Below, piece by piece: positions 15,912 through 25,600 of a stretch of 64,000 nt of DNA; the first letter of the stretch is position 1, and the number at the start of each line of letters is the position of its first letter. A program made the position numbers and the translations under genes. Origin of the DNA: Parachlamydiales bacterium (lineage in GTDB: Bacteria > Chlamydiota > Chlamydiia > Chlamydiales > SM23-39); assembly GCA_016931275.1 (NCBI GenBank), contig JAFGFA010000028.1, positions 7,333 through 71,332 on the forward strand, given 5' to 3'. The notes under the pieces are model-generated. The model was not told the DNA's origin. It ran no database searches and saw nothing but the letters and a program-made list of their open reading frames with translations.

Positions 15912-17939
15912 TTAGCGGCTTGGTTTATATTTCAGGGCCGGAAGATAATGAATATTTCCCGAGAGGAGAGCCGTATTGGGAGGAAATGTTCCCCACCAGT
16001 TATATAAGGCTTGGATTAAATCAGAGGCTTCAGAGCTGATATTCCATTCGCTATTGGCATAAAAAGAATTATTGCCGCGGACATCAGAAGATCCTAAATC
16101 GATATCCATCCCTCCTGAAGAGGCGTTATAGAATCGAGCTCCGATCCGGTTTGATTCAAGGATGTTGTTATAAATAATGGCTGACATGGTTCCATTGTTA
16201 GAAAAAGCGAATCCTTTATCATTATGGTGGCTATAATTATTAGAAAAAGATACATCAGAAATTGTTCCGCTGCCTTCTGTCTGCAAAACCATTCCGGCAA
16301 GGGTATTGTCAACGATATTGTTCTCGACTTGGCAATGCTTAATTTCTCCGGTGCTTTCCAATAAAATTCCTGTTGCAATTCCTGCTGTACAGTGGTTGTT
16401 GGTAATCCAAACATTAGAAATAGAGCAAGCGTCATTTTGTGTTTGAAGATGAATGGACTCGCCACAATTTTGGACCTCATTATTGTTAATAATGACTTGG
16501 GAAATTGTTCCATGAGCTACAAGCATAGTCCGAATTTGAATGTCGCTTTTATTAGAGCAAGCGTTATCAGAAATGGTGATGTTCTCCATAGTACCGGAAT
16601 TCGTGAGAAGAAAGGCTATGCCGCCATAGAATTCAGCGGATAGATTGTCTAGAACGATATTATGATCGACGACTACATTGCTGACTCCTATTCCCACGAT
16701 GCCTCCATTGCCGTTTTGAAGCTTCATCCCGAAAATGGAGGAGTTGTCTGCCATTTCAATTCTTCTGGAAAAGTTTCCTTCAACGGTCGGATACTTGTCG
16801 GAAGAAATGCCATAATATCCTCTATTATATCCTTCTCCCCATAAGGTCGTGCCCGAAGTTAACGACACATTTTCAGGATACACGTCATTCCCTTGAAATA
16901 CATAGACATATTGATCCCCAATGGCGTGGTCAATTCCTCCTTGGATAGTGTGAAAAGGATATTCCAACGATCCGTCTTCCGCTCCTGTTTTTGAATTATC
17001 GACAAAAGTTATGTCTTCCAAAATACTTTTGTTTTCTGTTTTAGAGAAAGTAGAAGAAACTATATATAGATCCCTTTCTACTCTATCGGTCATGCGGTGA
17101 GATAGAAATCTGGGAGGAATGGCATTTTTCGCATGAAAAAGAGAATGAAAGGCTCGCTTGGTTTTTTTTCGGGAAAAAGAAAAAGGCAAGGAAAGATAGG
17201 TCTCTATGAAGGAGTGGGAAGCTTTATCCGTGTATTGGAACCATCCAATATTACAAGTAAGAAAAGGGAAGGGGCGTAATTCTAATCGCGTTTTTAATCC
17301 ATTTTTTGTTGGATGGTTTTTCCAAAAATAGTGAGCTCCTCCAACGTAGACTTTTGTCTCTATATACTTAGAAATTTTTGGGATCAGTACTCCTCCTTCA
17401 TAATCGAATCCTTTTAAAGGCTTTTCACCGCGATCGAGGCTTTGTTGCATTAAGGAACGATGCTCAAAGTAGTAGAAGAAATCTTGGTCGATATATTTAG
17501 ATCCGGATAATGGAAAGTACCCATTGATTCGCATATCGACCCATCGACTTAAGGCTTCCAATCCAAAGCCTAGTTGATGAAAATGGTTTTTGTAGGGACT
17601 TTTTTGATGATCCCAAAATATATTGGAACCCCCGATCCATTTGTTTTTTCCCAAAAGAGACCGGATTCCAAGGCCATAGTTTTGTTCTGAAATTTTATCG
17701 TTCCATAAAAAACGGGTATCTAGAAAAGTCAGCCATTTTTGCGTTCCCAAAAATGGATATAATAGATCTAATAAAAAAGTATTATTATAGCTTAAATAGG
17801 AAGGGCGCAGCTGGCCAGGCCATTGCTCAGGAGATATCCCATACCATATTTTTGAGGTGTTTTGAATCGGTTGTTGGGAAAGCGTTGCATGAAGAAAAAA
17901 AGAAATACAGCAAAGCAACGTTATAACGTATATTTTCAT
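15912..17939 (-). CDS. Inverse autotransporter (intimin/invasin-type N-terminal beta-barrel) with a right-handed parallel beta-helix (pectin-lyase-fold/DUF1565-like) passenger
   Basis: Signal peptide. The IAT beta-domain pattern NYGLGIRSLL...GGSNIFWDHQ...HQLGFGLEALSRWVDMRINGYFPLSG is followed by the linker MTDRVERDLYIV. The C-terminal half has repeated N-x-I/V-x-x-N beta-helix turns (INNNEVQN, ITNNHCT, VENNIVDN, FSNNYSH, IYNNILESN) and ends in NWWG. Confidence 0.7.
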   Translation of the reverse strand: MKIYVITLLCCISFFLHATLSQQPIQNTSKIWYGISPEQWPGQLRPSYLSYNNTFLLDLLYPFLGTQKWLTFLDTRFLWNDKISEQNYGLGIRSLLGKNKWIGGSNIFWDHQKSPYKNHFHQLGFGLEALSRWVDMRINGYFPLSGSKYIDQDFFYYFEHRSLMQQSLDRGEKPLKGFDYEGGVLIPKISKYIETKVYVGGAHYFWKNHPTKNGLKTRLELRPFPFLTCNIGWFQYTDKASHSFIETYLSLPFSFSRKKTKRAFHSLFHAKNAIPPRFLSHRMTDRVERDLYIVSSTFSKTENKSILEDITFVDNSKTGAEDGSLEYPFHTIQGGIDHAIGDQYVYVFQGNDVYPENVSLTSGTTLWGEGYNRGYYGISSDKYPTVEGNFSRRIEMADNSSIFGMKLQNGNGGIVGIGVSNVVVDHNIVLDNLSAEFYGGIAFLLTNSGTMENITISDNACSNKSDIQIRTMLVAHGTISQVIINNNEVQNCGESIHLQTQNDACSISNVWITNNHCTAGIATGILLESTGEIKHCQVENNIVDNTLAGMVLQTEGSGTISDVSFSNNYSHHNDKGFAFSNNGTMSAIIYNNILESNRIGARFYNASSGGMDIDLGSSDVRGNNSFYANSEWNISSEASDLIQALYNWWGTFPPNTALLSGNIHYLPALKYKPSR

Positions 17940-18116
17940 GTTCGTATGGTGTCATGCCTATAGAAATTTGTCAAAAGCTAAACCAGGGTTCTTAAAAGGA
18001 AAATAAATAAGTTCGAAGGTGATGCATGCCAAGCCCTCATTGCGTCGGAGGAAAGAAAAAAGAGAAGAAAATCTTCAAGATCTTACAAGATTTTTTTCTT
18101 GGTTCAATGAAGGACA

Positions 18117-18893
18117 TTATAAACAATGCGTTCGTTTTTTGAGTCGGTAAATAGCGAGCGTTCCAAAGATTCCAATCCAAAGCCATATGGCGGTGAGGCA
18201 AATCCAAAAGGGTAAATAGCCTTCCGGGCCAAACATGGTCCCTTTGGTTCCTTCTACTATATATAATATAGGGTTAAGAAGATTGAAGTAGCCGATCCAG
18301 TGAGATACATTATAGGCCGATTGCCAGGTATAAAAAAAACCGCAAAACATATAAAGGGGATTAATCACTCTGGTCCATAGCCAGGAAGTATTGCGTAATG
18401 TGGAAATAAGGCTGGAGATAAAAAGCGCAAAAACTCCGTAGAAAAGATTTCCTGAAATAAATATGAAGAAAAATTTCCACCAGGATACATGAGCAATGCT
18501 AAACGAATTCCATAAGAGAATTTTTCCGATGGGCAGTAGCATAAGTATGAGCGTGCTGGTGCCTATAGCCCAGGCAATAGCAGTGGAAACAAAAACCCAG
18601 GTGGAAGACAGAGGCAAAATTAAAAAATTATTGATCGTTTCGTCAGAAATATCTTGAGCAAAAAAAGTCGCACGGGAAGTGGTCTCCCATAGTCCAAAAG
18701 AGGCGATCGCTCCGGCCATAATAAAAGTACCGAAATCTTTTGTCAGCCCCGATTCTGCCATGAGATAGCCAAACACCAATACCCAACTGGCAAGAACAAC
18801 GATTTCATCAATAAGCCTACTGAAAAACTGTTGAAAAAACAATTTCAGTTCTCGTTGAGTTAAGGCATAAAAACATTTCCATTGAGATCTCAT
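18117..18893 (-). CDS. ABC-2 type transporter permease
   Basis: 258 aa with six predicted TM helices. It directly follows the ATPase gene with a 1-nt overlap. Confidence 0.75.
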   Translation of the reverse strand: MRSQWKCFYALTQRELKLFFQQFFSRLIDEIVVLASWVLVFGYLMAESGLTKDFGTFIMAGAIASFGLWETTSRATFFAQDISDETINNFLILPLSSTWVFVSTAIAWAIGTSTLILMLLPIGKILLWNSFSIAHVSWWKFFFIFISGNLFYGVFALFISSLISTLRNTSWLWTRVINPLYMFCGFFYTWQSAYNVSHWIGYFNLLNPILYIVEGTKGTMFGPEGYLPFWICLTAIWLWIGIFGTLAIYRLKKRTHCL

Positions 18894-19642
18894 CAGGACT
18901 CTCCTTGGAGAAGATGTAAAAAGACTTCTTCTAAATTTTTCTTGTTCCAGTTTATTTTAAGTTTTTCAGGGCTTTCAATGACTTTGATTTTTCCTTTGTC
19001 GATTACACAGACCCGGTCGGAAAGCATTTCCGCTTCATCGAGGTAATGGGTGGTAAGAAGAACACTGATTCCTTCTTGTTTTAATTCGAGAATATAATTC
19101 CATAGTTTGTGACGCACCTGGGGGTCGAGTCCTACAGTCGGTTCGTCTAGAATGATCAATTTCGGATTGTGCATTAAAGTGCGGGCAATGAGAAAACGTT
19201 GTTGATAGCCGCCGGAAAGGACGTTGATCGTCGATTGAGCATATTCGGTCAGTTCAAAACGCTCAAGAAGATAGCGGCTCCTTGCGCGGATCTCTGAAGG
19301 GTTCATTCCATAATATCGCCCTTGGAAAATAAGATTTTTTTCCACCGTTAAGTTGGCATCCAAATTTTTTTGCTGGGGACAAAAGCCTACAATCTTGCGG
19401 TAAGCATAGAGGTTTTTATCGACAGGATAGCCTTCCCATTCCAAAGATCCTGTTGTGGGGGGATGTAGAGTCGCAATAATAGAGGAAAGGGTCGTTTTTC
19501 CAGCTCCATTGACCCCTAATAATCCGAAGATTTCTCCCTCGAACAGATCAAATTCGATATTGATTAGCGCATGTTTAATTTTCTTTTTATTTAAAGAATA
19601 ATCTTTGCTAATGTTTTTTATTCGCAATAAAACTTTTTTCAT
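18893..19642 (-). CDS. ABC transporter ATP-binding protein (ABC-2/DrrA-like exporter subfamily)
   Basis: Walker A GVNGAGKTT, signature LSGGYQQR, Walker B LIILDEPTVGLD, H-loop TTHYLDEA. Confidence 0.9.
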   Translation of the reverse strand: MKKVLLRIKNISKDYSLNKKKIKHALINIEFDLFEGEIFGLLGVNGAGKTTLSSIIATLHPPTTGSLEWEGYPVDKNLYAYRKIVGFCPQQKNLDANLTVEKNLIFQGRYYGMNPSEIRARSRYLLERFELTEYAQSTINVLSGGYQQRFLIARTLMHNPKLIILDEPTVGLDPQVRHKLWNYILELKQEGISVLLTTHYLDEAEMLSDRVCVIDKGKIKVIESPEKLKINWNKKNLEEVFLHLLQGES

Positions 19643-19865
19643 AATTTTTTAATAAATATCCGTTAAAAGCTTCGTGATATCCTTCCTTCATAAAAAAGGA
19701 GTTATATAAGTAAGATCGAATAATATCATTATATAGAAAGGTTTATTAATCTCAAGATCTTGTTGGAGAAGTCCTTATTAGAGATTATTTTTTCTTAAAA
19801 ATTTGTTTCACAGAAAAATAAGGAGTAGGGATGATCCTGTTTTCTCCATAGAATAAAAAGTCTAT

Positions 19866-19906
19866 TATTTAAATAGTGTATCCAACTATTTAAATGATAT
19901 ATCCAA
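19866..19906. repeat. Tandem imperfect 20-bp direct repeat (21-bp period) with a palindromic TATTTAAATA core
   Basis: TATTTAAATAGTGTATCCAA c TATTTAAATGATATATCCAA (17/20 identical). It lies in the 479-bp AT-rich divergent intergenic region between the ABC operon and the orphan gene at 20122. Confidence 0.6.
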
Positions 19907-20121
19907 AGAGGGCTCTTTTTCATAGAAGCGGATTTCATACAATAAAACAAAGAACAGCGATGTTTTTGCGTATTTTATTCAGGATCTATGCGCTATCTTA
20001 GTTATCCTTATGAAGACAAGAATTTTTTTTAATCAGTTCAAAGGAATGCAAAAAAGAGATGAAATTTATCTATTAATTATAATAAAATGCTTATTCATGT
20101 GTTTAAGGGGATAACTTTGAT

Positions 20122-21006
20122 ATGGAAAACTTAAAAAAATATGTCAACGGACTGAATGTTACCGATAATTTATCTGAGATATTAGATATAATGGATACTG
20201 CTAAACCAAGGGTAACTTTCTGGGGTACTAGAGTTATTGAGGTAAAGGGATATCGAGGTTCTTATGGGGTACGAGAACTGGCTCAGAAAATTTTTCAGGA
20301 GATATCAGAGGAACAGTTACAGTCAGAGAGATTTTTAGTGGAAAAAAGGTGTTTGGTTACGATACAGCTTCTGGAAACTGAGTGTTCTGATCAACTATCC
20401 CATAAAAATTGGATAACTCGGATTATTGCCTATATAAGAAGTTGGTTTTCTTCCAATCAAAAGTTTCTCAAGGAAGTTCAGCAGAAAGTTGTTTCTTTAG
20501 ACAAACCTGAAGAGGTGAAAATAGGAGCTCCTGAAGAGGCCCCTTGTGTGGGACTCGAGGCTTTTTGGAATAAAATACAAGAAACGCGTTCTCTGAACCC
20601 CACTGGTTCGCTGACTATTCCTATTGCCGATAGCCGTCTTGTAGTAGAAGAAGAATTGTCTGAAGAGAACATTGTTGCGTTTGTTTTTAGGGAATGTCCT
20701 GTACTTTTTAATCGTTCTTTTGTGGGGACTTCTCAACCTACAATCTTCCTTAAAGCTACAAGGTGCACTATTAATTTCCGTTGGCTTACTATCATGGAGA
20801 CTATTTTGAACGTTTTAGGCCAAAAGCTAATCCTTCATGTTGAAGATTGTTCTAAAGAACAGGAAGAGGTGAAAAGTGAGTTTTTGAGATCTCTTTCCAG
20901 TCAATTACGGGCGAAAAGAACGGAATTAGAACAAACCATTCGAGTGAAGAGACAACAGAAGGAATTACAAGATCTCGCAGCTTCCTCAGGGGAGGAAGAG
21001 ATATAG
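20122..21006 (+). CDS. Hypothetical protein with a C-terminal coiled-coil/acidic tail; no recognisable domain
   Basis: 294-aa ORF preceded by a long AT-rich region. The C-terminus LRAKRTELEQTIRVKRQQKELQDLAASSGEEEI is predicted to be helical. No motif that I recognise. Confidence 0.5.
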   Translation: MENLKKYVNGLNVTDNLSEILDIMDTAKPRVTFWGTRVIEVKGYRGSYGVRELAQKIFQEISEEQLQSERFLVEKRCLVTIQLLETECSDQLSHKNWITRIIAYIRSWFSSNQKFLKEVQQKVVSLDKPEEVKIGAPEEAPCVGLEAFWNKIQETRSLNPTGSLTIPIADSRLVVEEELSEENIVAFVFRECPVLFNRSFVGTSQPTIFLKATRCTINFRWLTIMETILNVLGQKLILHVEDCSKEQEEVKSEFLRSLSSQLRAKRTELEQTIRVKRQQKELQDLAASSGEEEI

Positions 21007-21106
21007 TTCCTTGCCGATTTGTTTTCGGAATTTTTGGCCTTAAATCTTTTTGGCTATATTTGTATTTTTAAAATCTACGGCATCTCCAGGGATTTTTCTC
21101 ATTTTT

Positions 21107-21136
21107 TTGACAAAAAACTTAATTATTCTTTATAAA
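21107..21136 (+). promoter_or_regulatory. Candidate promoter upstream of uhpC
   Basis: TTGACA (21107-21112), an 18-nt spacer, then TATAAA (21131-21136). A second, extended -10 candidate TGcTATAAT lies at 21170-21178. The uhpC ATG is at 21247. Confidence 0.35.
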
Positions 21137-21246
21137 AAACGCTCAAAGTTAGAGTTTTAATGAGTGTTTTGCTATAATTTTTGCCTACATGGATTGACTT
21201 ATGAGGAAAAAGTTATTAACCTATAAAAAAAAATAGAGGAGAGACA

Positions 21247-22584
21247 ATGAGCGTTTTAGATATTTTAAAACCTTCTCCGCCTGCTAAGAAAATTACAGAT
21301 GAGAAGGTTATTAAGAGAAGCTATCGCTATTGGAGAATTCGTACTTTTTATGGCATGTATTTAGGATATGCCTTTTACTATTTTTCTCGAAAAAGCTTTA
21401 TTTTTGCCATGCCGGCCATGATTCAAGATCTCGGTTTTGATAAGGCTCAGTTAGGTATTTTAGCGAGCATTTTATCGATTACTTATGGACTGAGCAAATT
21501 TTTCAGCGGTATTCTTTCCGACCGTTCCAATCCACGATATTTTATGGCTTTTGGGCTCATTATCACAGGAATTCTCAATATTCTTTTCGGTCTTTCCTCA
21601 ACCCTGATATTTTTTGCCTTTTTTTGGGGGCTCAATGGGTGGTTTCAAGGATGGGGATGGCCTCCTGCTGCAAAATTATTGACGCACTGGTATTCCCAGT
21701 CGGAAAGGGGGCGATGGTGGAGCGTTTGGAATACTTCTCATAATATAGGAGGAGCGTTTATCCCTCTGATTGTTGCCTATTTGGCCCAGCATATGGGATG
21801 GAGATACGGACTATATGTCCCTGGTATTTCCTGTATTTTAGTGGGTTTTTTTATTATGAACCGTTTGCGCGATACTCCTATTTCTTTGGGGCTGCCGCAA
21901 ATAGAGAAATATCGCAATGATTTACCGGAAGATATTAAGTCGCAAAGAGAGGAAAGAACTCTTTCGACTAAAGAAATCCTTGTGGATTATGTGTTAAAAA
22001 ATAGATTTATATGGATTTTGGCTCTTGCTTATTTCTTTGTGTACATTATTCGAACAGCTATCAATGACTGGATGCTCTTGTTTCTAGTAGAATCCAAAGG
22101 ATATTCTTATCTTGCAGCCGGAGGAACCGTCTTTTTCTTCGAGATAGGTGGTTTTTTAGGGAGCTTGGTAGCCGGTTGGGCCTCGGATTATGTTTTTAAG
22201 GGAAGGAGAGGTCCCGTTAATGTCTTGTTCAGCATTTTTGTGTTAGCCTCTATTCTTGCTTTTTGGAAAGCCCCCGGAGGGATGATTGCTTTTGATACAG
22301 CCTTAATGTTTTTAATCGGCTTTTTTATCTTTGGCCCCCAAATGCTTATAGGAATGGCCGCTGCAGAATTATCGCATAAGAATGCAGCAGGTACGGCGAC
22401 GGGATTTGTCGGCGCTTTTGCCTATGCCGGCGCGGCTTTTGCCGGTGGGCCTTTAGGAATATTGATGAAAAGCTGGGGATGGGACGGGTGTTTTATAGCC
22501 CTCTGTGTGAGCGGAGTTTTATCGGTATTGCTGCTAACGCCTCTTTGGTCCGCTAGATCGAATCCGAAATTGGCTGTAGAATAG
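21247..22584 (+). CDS. uhpC: Hexose-phosphate:phosphate antiporter (MFS, organophosphate:Pi antiporter family)
   Basis: 445 aa, 12-TM MFS with an OPA-family N-terminus (YRYWRIRTFYGMYLGYAFYYFSRKSF) and the DRSNPR loop motif. UhpC is a hallmark chlamydial transporter. Confidence 0.85.
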   Translation: MSVLDILKPSPPAKKITDEKVIKRSYRYWRIRTFYGMYLGYAFYYFSRKSFIFAMPAMIQDLGFDKAQLGILASILSITYGLSKFFSGILSDRSNPRYFMAFGLIITGILNILFGLSSTLIFFAFFWGLNGWFQGWGWPPAAKLLTHWYSQSERGRWWSVWNTSHNIGGAFIPLIVAYLAQHMGWRYGLYVPGISCILVGFFIMNRLRDTPISLGLPQIEKYRNDLPEDIKSQREERTLSTKEILVDYVLKNRFIWILALAYFFVYIIRTAINDWMLLFLVESKGYSYLAAGGTVFFFEIGGFLGSLVAGWASDYVFKGRRGPVNVLFSIFVLASILAFWKAPGGMIAFDTALMFLIGFFIFGPQMLIGMAAAELSHKNAAGTATGFVGAFAYAGAAFAGGPLGILMKSWGWDGCFIALCVSGVLSVLLLTPLWSARSNPKLAVE

Positions 22585-22623
22585 AATCCTTCTTTTTCTA
22601 AATTTTTTTCTTCGTTAGAATAC

Positions 22624-25600
22624 TTGGAAAGATTGGACAACAGAGTGTTTATGAAAAAAAATTATAAGACCTTAGATGGAAATAGTGCTGCTGCTCATGT
22701 GGCGTATGCTTTTTCAGAAATATGCGCTTTATATCCGATTACCCCTTCTTCTACAATGGGGGAGCTTATAGATGAATGGTCTTCTCAGGATCGAAAAAAT
22801 CTCTTTGGCACTACTGTTCAAGTTATGGAAATGCAATCGGAGGCTGGTGCGGCCGGTACGTTGCACGGAGCCCTTTTGGGAGGAGCTTTTGCTTCTACCT
22901 TTACGGCTTCGCAGGGTCTTTTGCTGATGATTCCGAATATGTATAAAATAGCGGGAGAACTATTACCGACTGTTTTTCATGTCTCGGCTCGGGCCCTTGC
23001 AGGACATGCTCTTTGTATTTTTGGGGATCATCAGGATGTAATGGCAGCTCGATCCACAGGTTTTTGTCAGATAGCCTCTGGGTCGGTTCAGGAGATTATG
23101 GATCTTGCTCTTGTTGCCCATCTTGCCACTTTGAGAGCTTCTCTTCCTTTTTTGCATTTTTTTGACGGATTTCGAACATCGCATGAGATTCAAAAAATAG
23201 AGGTAATTTCTTATGAGCAAATGGCATCCTTGTTGGATCGTAAGAGTATTGAAAGACATCGCGCGCTCTCTCTCAATCCTTCCGCACCTAAAATTCGGGG
23301 AACGGCACAAAATCCCGATGTCTATTTCCAATCTTTAGAAGCGGCCAATCGTTTTTATCTGGACGTCCCCGCGATTGTTGAAGAGGAGATGGAAAAAATT
23401 TCCGGACTCACGGGAAGATCGTATCATTTGTTTGATTATGAAGGGCCTGGCGATGCTACCGATTGCATTGTCATTATGGGATCCGCTACTCAAACAGTGG
23501 AGGAAACCATTCGCTATTTACAGAAGAAAAATCAAAAAATCGGGTTGTTGAAAGTACGTCTTTTTCGCCCTTTTTCTGCCGAACATTTTTTAAGAGTATT
23601 GCCCAAGAGCGTGCAGCGGATCGCAGTCTTAGATCGGACTAAAGAAGGGGGCGCTTTGGGACAACCTTTATATTTAGATGTTCTGGCCGCCGTGAATACC
23701 TCTTCCCATAAAAGAACTGTAGTAGGAGGCCGATACGGTCTTGGACAAAAAGAATTCACGCCAAGCATGGTGCAGGCGGTGTTGGACAATCTTTTGCAAA
23801 AGGAACCCAAAAATAATTTTTCTGTAGGGATCGAAGATGATGTTACCTTCAGTTCCTTGCCTATGGATCAATGTCTTCTTACCTGCCAACAATGCGTGCA
23901 GTGTAAATTTTACGGATTAGGCGGAGATGGAACGGTAGGAGCCAACAAAGAAGCGATTAAAATTATTGGGGATTATACGGAAAAGTATGTACAAGGCTAT
24001 TTTTCTTATGATTCTAAAAAATCAAGCGGCCTCACCGTCTCTCATTTGCGATTTTCAGAACAGCCGATTCTGTCATCCTATTTAATTCAAGAGCCGGATT
24101 ATGTGGCCTGTCATCATCCTTCGTTTATTTCCAAGATCGATCTTTTGGAAGGGATGAAGAAGGGTGGTGTTTTTCTTTTGAATGCTCCTTGGAATAGAGA
24201 AGAGATAGAGAGGGTTTTCCCGGATAACCTGAAAAGGGAAATTGCAGAAAAAGAAGTCTCTTTATTCCTGATCGATGCGACAGGTTTAGCAAAAGAACTT
24301 GGCTTAGGAGGCCGTATTAATACGATCATGCAGGCGGTATTTTTCTTCCTTGTTCCCATCATTCCTTTTGAAGAAGCGATGGTTCTTTTGCAAAAGTCTG
24401 TAGAAAAAGCGTATGGTAAAAAAGGGACGGCTATTGTCGATATGAATAAGAAGGCCATTCAAAAAGCGATAGAGTATGTCCATCAAATTGAATGCCCTGC
24501 TCATTGGGCTTCTTTGAATGTATCAGAAGAGAAAATATCGGATTCTTCCGATTTTATTAAGAATGTTGCTTGTACGGTGAATATGGGGAAAGGAGATACC
24601 CTTCCTGTAAGTGCCTTTTCTCCCGGCGGGATCTTTATGACCGCAACGACAAAATATGAAAAAAGAGCGATAGCGACTCAGCTTCCGGAATGGATAGCGG
24701 ACAAATGCATTCAGTGTAATCAATGTGCTTTTGTATGTCCTCATGCGGCAATTCGTCCTGTTCTCCAGAAGCAAGAAGAACTTTCCTCTGATTATCCTAC
24801 TCTTCCTGCAATGGGAAAGGGAATGGAAGACTATCGATATAGTATTGCAATCGATCCCTATGACTGTACCGGCTGCGGCAATTGTGTTGCGGTGTGTCCT
24901 GCTGCTAAAGGGAAAGCCTTGGAGCTAAAAAGTGCAGAAGAAGTGTTTTCTAAAGAGAAAAAATTTTGGGATCATGCCGCTACTTTGCCTGTACGCTCGG
25001 AATTTATGAATAAATTTTCGGTTAAGGGCTCACAATTTCGACAGCCGTTTTTAGAATTTTCGGGTGCCTGTGCAGGATGCGGAGAAACCCCTTATGTAAA
25101 ATTGATTACGCAACTATTCGGCCCTCGAGTTGTTATCGCGAACGCTACCGGTTGTTCTTCGATTTGGGGAGGTTCTTTTCCTTCTTTTCCATGGGCTGTA
25201 AATACAAAAGGAGAAGGTCCTGCATGGGCAAATTCTCTTTTTGAAGATAATGCCGAATTTGGCCTTGGAATGCATTTGGCGATGCAGTTTCGAAAAAATG
25301 AGTTGAAGACGTTCGTGCAAAAAACGATAGCGGAAGAAAATGATATGTCGTTCAAAGAGTTGTTAGAACGATGGATGAATACTCATGATGATAAAGAGGC
25401 CAATACGCTTGTAGCGGACGAGATTATGAAGTTTTTAGACCATCATCAGGATAGATACCACGACATGCAGGATCGAAAAGATCTCTTTTATCCTTCTTCT
25501 CTTTGGATTCTGGGAGGCGATGGGTGGGCTTATGATATTGGGTTTGGAGGCCTTGATCATGTGCTTTCTTTGCAGGAGAAGAGTAATATTTTGGTCTTGG

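Noticed and set aside
18117-19642. ABC transporter as the dedicated exporter of the double-glycine peptide at 8987
   Set aside because: The ATPase is a stand-alone ABC-2/DrrA-type subunit with a separate 6-TM permease. It has no N-terminal C39 peptidase domain, and it lies about 9 kb away in a different operon.
19831-19851. Six-codon mini-ORF (MILFSP) with an AAGGAG Shine-Dalgarno in the AT-rich spacer, as a possible leader peptide or attenuator
   Set aside because: It is too short to evaluate, no downstream alternative hairpins were seen, and the location (290 nt from the next start) does not fit a leader. It is likely chance.
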